64,000 nt of DNA from Candidatus Giovannonibacteria bacterium RIFCSPHIGHO2_01_FULL_45_24. Its GTDB lineage: Bacteria; Patescibacteriota; Minisyncoccia; UBA11713; 2-01-FULL-45-33. Shown here piece by piece: positions 56,190 to 63,858 of the stretch. How positions within the stretch are numbered: the first letter of the stretch is position 1; the number at the start of each line of letters is the position of its first letter. The notes under the pieces are model-generated. The model was not told the origin of the DNA, did no database searches, and saw nothing but the letters and a program-made list of their open reading frames with translations. Position numbers and translations under genes: made by a program. The stretch is from positions 55,292-119,291 of the forward strand of contig MFHE01000010.1 of NCBI GenBank assembly GCA_001778495.1. Reading direction: 5' to 3'.

Positions 56190-58169
56190 TCAAATGTCCA
56201 GATTCTTCACCGCTTTGGCGTGGGTTTGAATAAAAAGTTTCCTCGGCTCCACTTCATCACCCATCAAAACGTCAAAAATATGGTCGGCCGCTTTGGCGTC
56301 TTCAATAGTCACCTGCTTAAGCACCCTTCGCGCCGGGTCCATGGTCGTCTCCCAAAGCTGCTCGGCGTTCATCTCGCCCAAACCCTTGTAGCGCTGGATG
56401 TTTTGCCCGTCAACTCCTTTCGTCATTTTGTTTTTTTCTTCTTCGGCGTAAGCGTATTTTACATCCTTGCCTTTTTGGATTTTATAAAGCGGCGGCTGGG
56501 CAATATAAACATATCCTTGCTGAACCAGCGGCAGGTAGTATCTGTAAAAAAGCGTTAAAAGTAGCGTCCGTATGTGCGCGCCGTCCACGTCCGCGTCCGT
56601 CATAATCACAACGCGGTGGTAGCGGAGCTTGGATATGTCAAAGCTCTCCGCGATTGCCGCGCCCAAGGCAATCACCAGCGCTTTGATCTCCTGCGAGGTC
56701 AGCATCTTGTCCAGACGCGCTTTCTCAACGTTTAAGATTTTGCCACGCAGAGGCAAAATCGCCTGGAATCTTCTGTCTCTGGCCTGCTTGGCCGTGCCCC
56801 CGGCGGAATCTCCCTCAACTATGAAAATTTCCGACTCGGCGGCGTTCTTGGACTGGCAATCCGCCAGTTTTCCGGGGAGCGCCAGGCCCTCCAAAGCGCC
56901 TTTCCGCAAAATAGTGTCTTTGGCCGCCTTGGCCGCCTTGCGCGCCTTGAGAGCCAAGATGACTTTTTCCAAAATCGCCCGCGCGTCCTGCGGCTGCTCT
57001 TCCAAAAACGCGTCAAATGCTTTCCCGAATACGTCTTCCACCGCCGTGCGCGCCTCGGGGTTGCCGAGTTTCGCTTTAGTTTGCCCTTCAAACTGCGGAT
57101 TTTTAAGTTTTACGGAAATTACGGAAGTCAGCCCCTCGCGGACGTCCTCCCCAGTCAGATTTTCTTCGGATTCCTTAAGATACCCGTTTTTGCGGGCGTA
57201 TGAATTCAAAGAGCGCGTCAGCGCCGTCCGAAAACCGGTTGCGTGCTGGCCGCCTTCCTGGTTTAAAATATTATTTGCGAAAGCGAGCTCCCTCGTTTGA
57301 AGGTCGTCAACATACTGCAAAGCAATTTCAACCATAATTCCTTCGGATTCTTTTTGGGTATAAAAAATTGTGTCGTGCTTGGGCTGGAAATCCTCGTTAA
57401 GGTACGTCACGTAAGAAGCCACGCCGCCTTCAAAGTAAAAGGCATAGGATTTATGCTCCGTTTTGTCTTTGGCGCGCTCGTCATGCACGGAAATTTTTAT
57501 GCCCTTGGTAAGATAGGCCTGCTGGCGCATGCGCTCCAAAATCCTTTTCCAGTCAAATTCCGGAATCTTGCCTCCGCCGGCTGGCGGATTTACCGGCATA
57601 AAAATTTCCGTGTCCGGCTCAAAAGTAACGGCTGTGCCGATACGCGAGCATCTGCCTACTTTCTGAACTTTGGTTTTTGGTTTGCCTCTTTGGTATTCCT
57701 GCGCCCACTGCTCGCCCTCGCGGCAAACCTCCACGCGCATCCAGGAAGACAAAGCGTTGACCACGGAAACTCCGACTCCGTGTAGCCCCCCTGAAACTTT
57801 ATACCCCGCTCCGCCGAATTTTCCTCCGGCGTGGAGCATCGTCATTACGGTTTCCAGCGCAGATTTTTTGGTATGCTTATGGATTTCAATGGGTATTCCC
57901 CGGCCGTCGTCAATAACGCGGACGTGGTGAGCCGGCAGCAAAGTTACGGCGATATTTTTGGCGTACCCGGCCATCGCCTCGTCAATGGAGTTGTCCACCA
58001 CCTCCCAAATCAAGTGATGAAGCCCGTCCGGGCCGGTTGAGCCGATATACATCCCCGGGCGCTTCCTGACGGGCTCCAAACCCTCCAATACAAAAATGTC
58101 TTTGGCGGTATAACTCCCTCCCTTTCCCTCCGTATTTTGGGGCTTTGTTTTTGGCACTTTTTTAGGCAT
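56190..58169 (-). CDS. gyrB: DNA gyrase subunit B
   Basis: VRKRPGMYIG, EVVDNSIDE, GGLHGVG, EGDSAGG, PLRGK, DADVDG and RYKGLGEM motifs. Confidence 0.98.
   Translation of the reverse strand: MPKKVPKTKPQNTEGKGGSYTAKDIFVLEGLEPVRKRPGMYIGSTGPDGLHHLIWEVVDNSIDEAMAGYAKNIAVTLLPAHHVRVIDDGRGIPIEIHKHTKKSALETVMTMLHAGGKFGGAGYKVSGGLHGVGVSVVNALSSWMRVEVCREGEQWAQEYQRGKPKTKVQKVGRCSRIGTAVTFEPDTEIFMPVNPPAGGGKIPEFDWKRILERMRQQAYLTKGIKISVHDERAKDKTEHKSYAFYFEGGVASYVTYLNEDFQPKHDTIFYTQKESEGIMVEIALQYVDDLQTRELAFANNILNQEGGQHATGFRTALTRSLNSYARKNGYLKESEENLTGEDVREGLTSVISVKLKNPQFEGQTKAKLGNPEARTAVEDVFGKAFDAFLEEQPQDARAILEKVILALKARKAAKAAKDTILRKGALEGLALPGKLADCQSKNAAESEIFIVEGDSAGGTAKQARDRRFQAILPLRGKILNVEKARLDKMLTSQEIKALVIALGAAIAESFDISKLRYHRVVIMTDADVDGAHIRTLLLTLFYRYYLPLVQQGYVYIAQPPLYKIQKGKDVKYAYAEEEKNKMTKGVDGQNIQRYKGLGEMNAEQLWETTMDPARRVLKQVTIEDAKAADHIFDVLMGDEVEPRKLFIQTHAKAVKNLDI
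57573..57588. repeat. Near-palindrome TCCGCCGGCTGGCGGA, in frame in gyrB (NPPAGG)
   Basis: Lies in an extra loop between EPDTEIF and EFD. Confidence 0.65.
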
Positions 58170-58209
58170 AAATCTTATCCAAATTTGTACTTAAATCTTA
58201 GCACAATTA

Positions 58210-58728
58210 TCACCCGATTACCACTACCTTTCCTTTCCAGATTTTTAGAAATTCCGACAGATTTAAAAACTTAAATTCGCCGTCTTTGCGGGTATAGGCG
58301 TTTGGGTCGTGAATATAAAATCCCTCCGGAACATCACCGCCCTCTTCCAGCCCGACAATCAAAACAAGGTGCCCCCCGCCAGTGTTTTTCATGGAAGCCA
58401 AAACCGGAATTTCTTTTTTTAAAAATTCAGCCAGATATTTTACGGCTTCATTCTTTTTGTCCTCCGCCCATTCTTTCCTAAACGAATTTTCAAATCCGTG
58501 TTTTTTGGCAAGCTCCACCAACCCCTGATGAATCCAGCCGACACCGTTTAAATACGCGCCGGATGCAAGCCCTTCTTTTATTAAATCATCCAAATTCCCT
58601 AACTTAGACGTCGGACGTCTAAGTGAATCCATAGCCATCGCAAGCGCGCAAATCCCGCAGCTGCGCCATTTCCATTCGGGGTCTAAGATGTCCAAACGTT
58701 GGGAATAATATGGCGCGCCGAGTTTCAT
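58210..58728 (-). CDS. Peptidase C39-like protein
   Basis: YYSQ, SCG (catalytic Cys), GHLVLIVG and HDP; carries an in-frame LRRPTSK insert. Confidence 0.8.
   Translation of the reverse strand: MKLGAPYYSQRLDILDPEWKWRSCGICALAMAMDSLRRPTSKLGNLDDLIKEGLASGAYLNGVGWIHQGLVELAKKHGFENSFRKEWAEDKKNEAVKYLAEFLKKEIPVLASMKNTGGGHLVLIVGLEEGGDVPEGFYIHDPNAYTRKDGEFKFLNLSEFLKIWKGKVVVIG
58602..58624. repeat. Palindromic micro-element ACTTAGACGTC-G-GACGTCTAAGT (copy 2)
   Basis: Identical 23-bp core to 44537-44559. Confidence 0.9.
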
Positions 58729-59855
58729 CACCTCACTTCGGCGTTAAATTGCTTTTGTGTTTCGGAGTAGATTTTGGGCATTATCTCATCAACCTCGCCA
58801 GAGGTTAAAGTTCTGTCGTTGCTTCGGAAAACTATCCGGTAAGCATAGCTGGTTTTTGCTTCCCCGAACTTTTCGGGGTTTTCATATTTATCAATCAGCT
58901 TAACTTCCTCAACCAAATCGCCGCCCAAGTCGCGTATCAGGTCAAAATAATTATTTGGGATAAAATCTTTTGAAACCACAAAAGATATGTCGCGGGTAAT
59001 CGGCGGGTATTTGCTCACCGGAATATATTTATTGCCGAGTTTGAGCTGCTTTTTGATGCGCGGGTCTTCCGACCATAAAAGCCGGATGTCGGGCAGACTC
59101 ATAGAAGCCATAGCCAGCCTCTCTAAACCAAAACCAAAAGCCCAACCGTGGTATCCGGTGAGCCCAAAATTTGCCAGTACGCTCTTTCTGGCCATGCCGG
59201 AGCCGAGCATTTCTATCCACTCACCGCCAATTTCTGCCTCCATCTCAAAACTTGGATCCGTGTAAGGAAAATTATGATCGTAAAATCTAAAGTTAATGTT
59301 TCCAAAAATACTTCTGGCAACTTCTGAAAGAGCATTTTTTAAGTCCTCCGGCGTTATGTTTTTTTTGTCGTCAGGCCCAATATAAAGCCCCCCAAACTGG
59401 TGGAATACGTTCATGTGGCTCCGGTCAATTTCGTCTTTTCGATATACTTTTCCATAACAAATTACGCCCAAGGTTTCCTTGTTTTCGATTCTTTTTTTAA
59501 TTTCCGGGTGATTTAAATAATAGTACCAAAATACCGTATCGTGGGTTCTCAACACATAACCGTCGCCGATATAATAAGTATCTGATTTGCTGCGGGCAGG
59601 ATGCCCCGGCGGCATATTAAATAGATCAAACAAAATATTGGTGGGTATAATTTCCGGAATTTGGATTATATCGAATTCCTCAAGGCTTTTGACCTTTGAG
59701 GCTCTCTCAACTATTTCTTTGAGCGGACTCCCTTCGGTGCGCGACAAATCCGGCATATTCAAAAAGTGCAAAATCCGCCTTGCTTCGGCGTCTTCCCGCG
59801 CCTCAAGCGCTTTTTTCAATTTCGCCTCCTCCGGCGATTTGATTTCAATATTCAT
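58728..59855 (-). CDS. pheS: Monomeric, mitochondrial-type phenylalanine-tRNA ligase (alpha catalytic domain + FDX-ACB anticodon-binding domain)
   Basis: HPARSKSDTYY, LRTH, VYRKDEIDRSH..FHQ, FPYTDPSFE and GWAFGFGLERLAM; C-terminal SKYPPITRDISF...YRIVFRSNDRTLT. Confidence 0.93.
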   Translation of the reverse strand: MNIEIKSPEEAKLKKALEAREDAEARRILHFLNMPDLSRTEGSPLKEIVERASKVKSLEEFDIIQIPEIIPTNILFDLFNMPPGHPARSKSDTYYIGDGYVLRTHDTVFWYYYLNHPEIKKRIENKETLGVICYGKVYRKDEIDRSHMNVFHQFGGLYIGPDDKKNITPEDLKNALSEVARSIFGNINFRFYDHNFPYTDPSFEMEAEIGGEWIEMLGSGMARKSVLANFGLTGYHGWAFGFGLERLAMASMSLPDIRLLWSEDPRIKKQLKLGNKYIPVSKYPPITRDISFVVSKDFIPNNYFDLIRDLGGDLVEEVKLIDKYENPEKFGEAKTSYAYRIVFRSNDRTLTSGEVDEIMPKIYSETQKQFNAEVR

Positions 59856-60304
59856 TTGATTATCCGCTTAACCACGATAAGAGGTCCGTATTTTTTTATG
59901 ACATAATTCAAATCTTTTTCTTCAACCTCGCCGCGCTCCGCGACTTCCGGATTTTCTTGGATTCTTTCGGAAGCTGCGTGGATGGCTTTGCCGTCCCCCG
60001 CGTATAAAACCACGTGCCCAACGCCAGCCGGAAATTTTTTGTTGTAAAAACCGCGCTCGCCGTGGAGAAATATTAAATCCCCCGGCTGGATGTTTTCCAA
60101 ATCAACCTCCGCCCCTTCGTCTGCCTGCAGTATCGTGCTTCGCGGGATGTCCACGTCAACCTGCTTAAAAACGTATTGAGTAAAAAGCGAGCAGTCAAAA
60201 AAGTCCGGGGCTTCATCCGTATTCGCCCCATATTTGTATGGTTTCCCAACCAAACTTTTAGCAATTTTAACAAGCCGGGAAATTTTATTTTCTTTTTCCG
60301 CCAT
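59852..60304 (-). CDS. NlpC/P60 cysteine peptidase (no signal peptide)
   Basis: GKPYKYG, FDCS, PGDLIF and GHV..Y.G...IHA motifs. Confidence 0.88.
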   Translation of the reverse strand: MAEKENKISRLVKIAKSLVGKPYKYGANTDEAPDFFDCSLFTQYVFKQVDVDIPRSTILQADEGAEVDLENIQPGDLIFLHGERGFYNKKFPAGVGHVVLYAGDGKAIHAASERIQENPEVAERGEVEEKDLNYVIKKYGPLIVVKRIIK

Positions 60305-60360
60305 TTCTTAAAATAATAATACAAAAAAAATCCCGAATCAAGCGCAGAAAAATTCACACA

Positions 60361-61038
60361 TTATGTTCCATTGCGGCGTTCGCGCTTTTTGTATTCGTTT
60401 ACGATGTTTTCAAACTCTTCTTTGGTAAATTCCGGCCAGAAAGTTTTCGGGAAAAAAAGCTCGCTGTAAGCCGCCTGCCACAAAAGAAAATTGGAGAGGC
60501 GCTGCTCGCCGCCAGTGCGGATGATAATATCGGGGTCCGGCATTCCTGCAGTCCACAAATTGCGCGCTAAAGATTCTTCGCTTACGGCTTCACCTTTTTT
60601 GGCGAGAGCGCCCGCCGCTTGGGCAATATCCGCCCGCCCGCCGTAGGAAAGCAATATCCAGATTGTGATTTTTGGGTCAGCGGGGCTTTTTTCTTCCGTC
60701 TCGCGCATCAATTTTTGGAGATTTTCGGAAAAGCGCCGAAGCTGGCCCACAAAGCGGACTCTGGCTCCTTCTTTTGCAAGCCGGCTGGCTTTGTCTTTGG
60801 CCATTGTCTCAAAAAGCGACATGAGCATGGAAACTTCTTCCTCGGGCCTCTCCCAGTTTTCGGTGGAGAAAGCGTAGAGAGCCAAATGCTTTATCCCCAT
60901 GTCGCGCGCGGCAAGCGCTATCGGCTCAACGTTGTTAAGCCCTTGCCGGTGGCCTTCAAAAAATGGGAGCCCGCGCTCCTTTGCCCAACGGCGGTTTCCG
61001 TCCAAAATAATGCCCACGCATAACGGCGTATCCTGCAT
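60361..61038 (-). CDS. uppS: Undecaprenyl diphosphate synthase
   Basis: ILDGNRRWA, AFSTENWERP and RTGGEQRLSNFLLWQ motifs. Confidence 0.96.
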   Translation of the reverse strand: MQDTPLCVGIILDGNRRWAKERGLPFFEGHRQGLNNVEPIALAARDMGIKHLALYAFSTENWERPEEEVSMLMSLFETMAKDKASRLAKEGARVRFVGQLRRFSENLQKLMRETEEKSPADPKITIWILLSYGGRADIAQAAGALAKKGEAVSEESLARNLWTAGMPDPDIIIRTGGEQRLSNFLLWQAAYSELFFPKTFWPEFTKEEFENIVNEYKKRERRNGT

Positions 61039-61115
61039 ATATAGGTATAATCTTAATACAGAATTATAAAGTCACTATATTTCCTTTGTTTCAATACGCC
61101 ACCCGTCTGGCGCAT

Positions 61116-61523
61116 TCACAACATTCCAATATTCTCAAGAATGTTGGAATGTTGTTTTGGGCGATAAGTAACGGCGTGGCCGGCTTCCCCGACTTGTTCT
61201 ATTTTGCCTTCTTTCTCTAGCTCGTCCAGATAGCGCACGGCGGTGCGCGAGGATACGCCGAGCGCCTTGCGGATTTCGGCGTTGGAGAGCTTCTTTGTCT
61301 CGCCGGAGCCCTGCGCGGAGGCGGACGGCTTTTCAAAAAGCTCAATAATCTTTTGTTTGCGGGCTTCTTTTTGCGAAGCCGTTTCAAGCGCTGACTTGCA
61401 AATGCCGACAAATTCCTCGCCAACAGCCGTGCCATGCTTCCCCGCCTCCCTACGCGACACCACCAACACAAAACCGACAATGATAATAACCAGCGCGATT
61501 ATGAATAATAGTATTTGCCCCAT
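61116..61523 (-). CDS. Membrane-anchored winged-HTH (DeoR-like HTH) protein
   Basis: N-terminal TM; SNAEIRKALGVSSRTAVRYLDELEKEGKIEQVG. Confidence 0.75.
   Translation of the reverse strand: MGQILLFIIALVIIIVGFVLVVSRREAGKHGTAVGEEFVGICKSALETASQKEARKQKIIELFEKPSASAQGSGETKKLSNAEIRKALGVSSRTAVRYLDELEKEGKIEQVGEAGHAVTYRPKQHSNILENIGML
61118..61155. repeat. Palindrome ACAACATTCCAATATTCT-CA-AGAATGTTGGAATGTTGT forming the gene's 3' end
   Basis: 18-bp arms with 1 mismatch; encodes HSNILENIGML. Confidence 0.8.
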
Positions 61524-61583
61524 AAATTTATTTTACCGCTTTTCGTTTTTTAAGCCAAAATCCCGCAAAAATCACGCAAAGAA

Positions 61584-61751
61584 CTACGCCTTTTTATTCT
61601 CCTCGGCGTGAGCGGTGATCTCAATATTGCAACTCTTATGCTCCCGGCACCACGCTTCGCATTTCTCTGCCCATTCTTTTTCGACATAATGAAAACCGCA
61701 CTCCTCGCATTGGTATAACTCTTGATTTTCTTTTTGAATAACTTTGACCAT
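61584..61751 (-). CDS. Small Cys-rich, probably Zn-binding protein (55 aa)
   Basis: Hand translation MVKVIQKENQELYQCEECGFHYVEKEWAEKCEAWCREHKSCNIEITAHAEENKKA; not in the ORF track. Confidence 0.7.
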   Translation of the reverse strand: MVKVIQKENQELYQCEECGFHYVEKEWAEKCEAWCREHKSCNIEITAHAEENKKA

Positions 61752-61757
61752 ATTTGA

Positions 61758-61871
61758 TTAAAGAAAATCGGCGAGTTCTTCGCGCTCGTCTTCGTCAAAT
61801 TCGTCAGGATCAAGCCCCTCGCTTTCCAATTTTGCTCTTATTTCTTTTTGCCGGTCTTTTTCTTCGTCCAT
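61758..61871 (-). CDS. 37-aa acidic peptide
   Basis: Hand translation MDEEKDRQKEIRAKLESEGLDPDEFDEDEREELADFL; its stop lies 6 bp before the next ATG. Confidence 0.55.
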   Translation of the reverse strand: MDEEKDRQKEIRAKLESEGLDPDEFDEDEREELADFL

Positions 61872-61954
61872 AATTTTATTTGCTTGCCCCGCCCTCCCCG
61901 TGCGCGCATTATGTATTTTTGCCGATTTAATAGATCGGCAAACTCCCTTTCTTC

Positions 61955-62656
61955 TTACAACTTACTGGCGACAGTCCAAATGCTGTCAAAATAACCTTTA
62001 AGTATCCTTCCAACGCCCTTGTCCACCTTAAAAATATATGACGACTTCTTACCGCCCAAAGAATGGAGTGATGTTCCGGCCGCAAAGTAGTCGCCATCTA
62101 TCATAAAAAAGCGGTCGTGAACAATATTGGATTTTCGCGCCTCAAATCCCGGAAACTCTTTTTTGAATCTGGGTAACCCCCTCATAAACTTCCCATAGGT
62201 GTTGTTTGTTAGCAGTTTAATTTTGGCTTTGGGGAAAACCGAGGATAAAATATCCAAAGTTCCTTCTTCTACATAGCCATCAAAAATTAGCATCTCCTTC
62301 TTGGTTTTAGAGAATAAACCCGTTAATACTTGATAGGCAGTAAAGGGTTTACTTGGGTCAAAAATAAAAGTGCTATTGCCTGTTAGCTTTGAATTACTCA
62401 ATGCTTTTCTAACGACCCAAAGATTTTTGAGCCATCGTTTCTTTACAAGCCGTTGATTGCTGACAGATTTAGATAAATACCTAAGAGCCGTAACTGCCTT
62501 TGGATGTCCAGATAAGGTGTTGGCTAATTCTTGGTGGTATTCATCAATCCAACTCTCGGCCGTATCCCGAACACTCTTTTCAGAGATTGTGGCTGAACTT
62601 TTAGAAATCACCTTTATCAATTCATCGGTCGCTTTAATAATTTCTTGGTGATTCAT
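61955..62656 (-). CDS. Protein with helical N-terminus and C-terminal PLD-like (HDRF) nuclease-type domain
   Basis: IFDGY, HDRFFMID and GTSLHSLGGK. Start set at ATG 62656 (MNHQEI). Confidence 0.7.
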   Translation of the reverse strand: MNHQEIIKATDELIKVISKSSATISEKSVRDTAESWIDEYHQELANTLSGHPKAVTALRYLSKSVSNQRLVKKRWLKNLWVVRKALSNSKLTGNSTFIFDPSKPFTAYQVLTGLFSKTKKEMLIFDGYVEEGTLDILSSVFPKAKIKLLTNNTYGKFMRGLPRFKKEFPGFEARKSNIVHDRFFMIDGDYFAAGTSLHSLGGKKSSYIFKVDKGVGRILKGYFDSIWTVASKL

Positions 62657-62663
62657 AAGGGTA

Positions 62664-63032
62664 TTAGTTTTTCTGTTTATATCGCCAAGGATGTTTTTTT
62701 GTCCCCTCGCCATCGCGTTGAAGGAGACCGTGGGCGGGACTGGCGAATCTCCTAAGAACATTAGATATGGAGGCGCGCTTGGCGGTTAATACTTGCTGTT
62801 TCAATTTCTTGACGACATCGTTGTCGGTTTTCCAATCACGAAAGAAACCGCTCTCAATCAATTTTTTTACTGGTGTCCCAAGGTCGGTTTTCACTCTCTT
62901 GGATTTCTTTCGTTTCTTTCCGGTAGCGGCCTCTGCTATCGTCGCGTCAGAATCGCCCCGCTCAAGTTTGGCAATTCTTGTCTCAATACCATCTAACCTT
63001 TTTAAGATTTTTTTGGCGATGTCGTTATTCAT
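62664..63032 (-). CDS. Hypothetical coiled-coil + wHTH-like protein
   Basis: N-terminal heptads; LIESGFF..WK, similar to the gene at 63442. Confidence 0.6.
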   Translation of the reverse strand: MNNDIAKKILKRLDGIETRIAKLERGDSDATIAEAATGKKRKKSKRVKTDLGTPVKKLIESGFFRDWKTDNDVVKKLKQQVLTAKRASISNVLRRFASPAHGLLQRDGEGTKKHPWRYKQKN

Positions 63033-63432
63033 ATACTTCCTTCCAAGCGTTTGTTAAGCAATAAGTCCCGTGTGCTTTAGAATCCGCCCAACCTTGGGTT
63101 TTTGCCTCATTGGGATAGAAGCGGTTAAACTTACCCAGTAAGTTTTTAGCACTCATTTTACTCCACTCGTTTCTAACTTTCTCTAACTCTACATCAACGC
63201 CGACCTCGCTTTTGGTTAAGAAAGCAAGAAGCAAAACAAATCTCTTTGGTCCGCTTTTTCCTGCGGCGTATCTTTTGACGAAGGCCCTGATGTTTAAGGA
63301 GAAATCGGGTTCTTGATGAGAACTCCCTTTTATTTTTGGCTTTGGACGGTTATTACCAAAGACGGCTTTTTTTAAGTCGGCTATATCTTTCTCTGCTTTT
63401 TCTACGCGGGTAATGAGTTGGTTGTCGTTCAT
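63025..63432 (-). CDS. Hypothetical coiled-coil + wHTH-like protein
   Basis: N-terminal RVEKAEKDIADLK; C-terminal AKTQGWAD...GTYCLT, resembling a wing hairpin. Confidence 0.55.
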   Translation of the reverse strand: MNDNQLITRVEKAEKDIADLKKAVFGNNRPKPKIKGSSHQEPDFSLNIRAFVKRYAAGKSGPKRFVLLLAFLTKSEVGVDVELEKVRNEWSKMSAKNLLGKFNRFYPNEAKTQGWADSKAHGTYCLTNAWKEVYE

Positions 63433-63441
63433 AGTGATAAA

Positions 63442-63789
63442 TTATTTTCTTATTACATACTCCCAGTTTTTGGTTTCTTTATTTTTGAATCGGTTAAGGA
63501 TGCGGCGTTTGGTTAAGTTTAATAGATTCATAGCGACTGCCGGAGGGGTATGGTAATGCCCAACCTGCTTTAGCTTATCCATAATCGTAGATATCTCTTT
63601 GGGCGCATCAAAGAATCCTTCCTCAATAAGCATTGAGACCGCGCCAAATGCTCCTTTGGGAACTGAACGGGCGGCGACGCCTCGTGATGGCTTTAAGGAA
63701 GCTCGTGATGGTTGAACGCCGAGGGACGCTTCAAGTTCTGCTACAAGCTCTTTAATTCCGGCCATTATTACTTTCGGGCTTCTATTCAT
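63442..63789 (-). CDS. Hypothetical wHTH-like protein
   Basis: LIEEGFFDAPK..I..KL...L.R......WEY. Confidence 0.6.
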   Translation of the reverse strand: MNRSPKVIMAGIKELVAELEASLGVQPSRASLKPSRGVAARSVPKGAFGAVSMLIEEGFFDAPKEISTIMDKLKQVGHYHTPPAVAMNLLNLTKRRILNRFKNKETKNWEYVIRK

Positions 63790-63829
63790 AGTTTTAGTGG
63801 TTTAATGGTTAATCTTATTGAACAAGGTC

Positions 63830-63858
63830 ATCTTATATCTTTTAGAAAACGGTGTCAA
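63830..63858 (-). promoter_or_regulatory. Sigma70 promoter TTGACA-N17-TAAGAT driving the 4-gene operon
   Basis: Consensus -35 and optimal 17-bp spacer, ending 40 bp upstream of ATG 63789. Confidence 0.7.

Noticed and set aside
56095-56190. tRNA or rpmG upstream of secE
   Set aside because: There is no cloverleaf or TTCGA T-loop and no ORF; only a hairpin and a possible TTGACA-16-TATTAT promoter.
8868-57785. Long antisense ORFs (8868, 39989, 55369, 56629, 57297 and others)
   Set aside because: They lie opposite well-conserved genes and show no motifs; typical shadow ORFs.
61550-61813. 87-aa ORF in the track
   Set aside because: It overlaps two better small ORFs in other frames.
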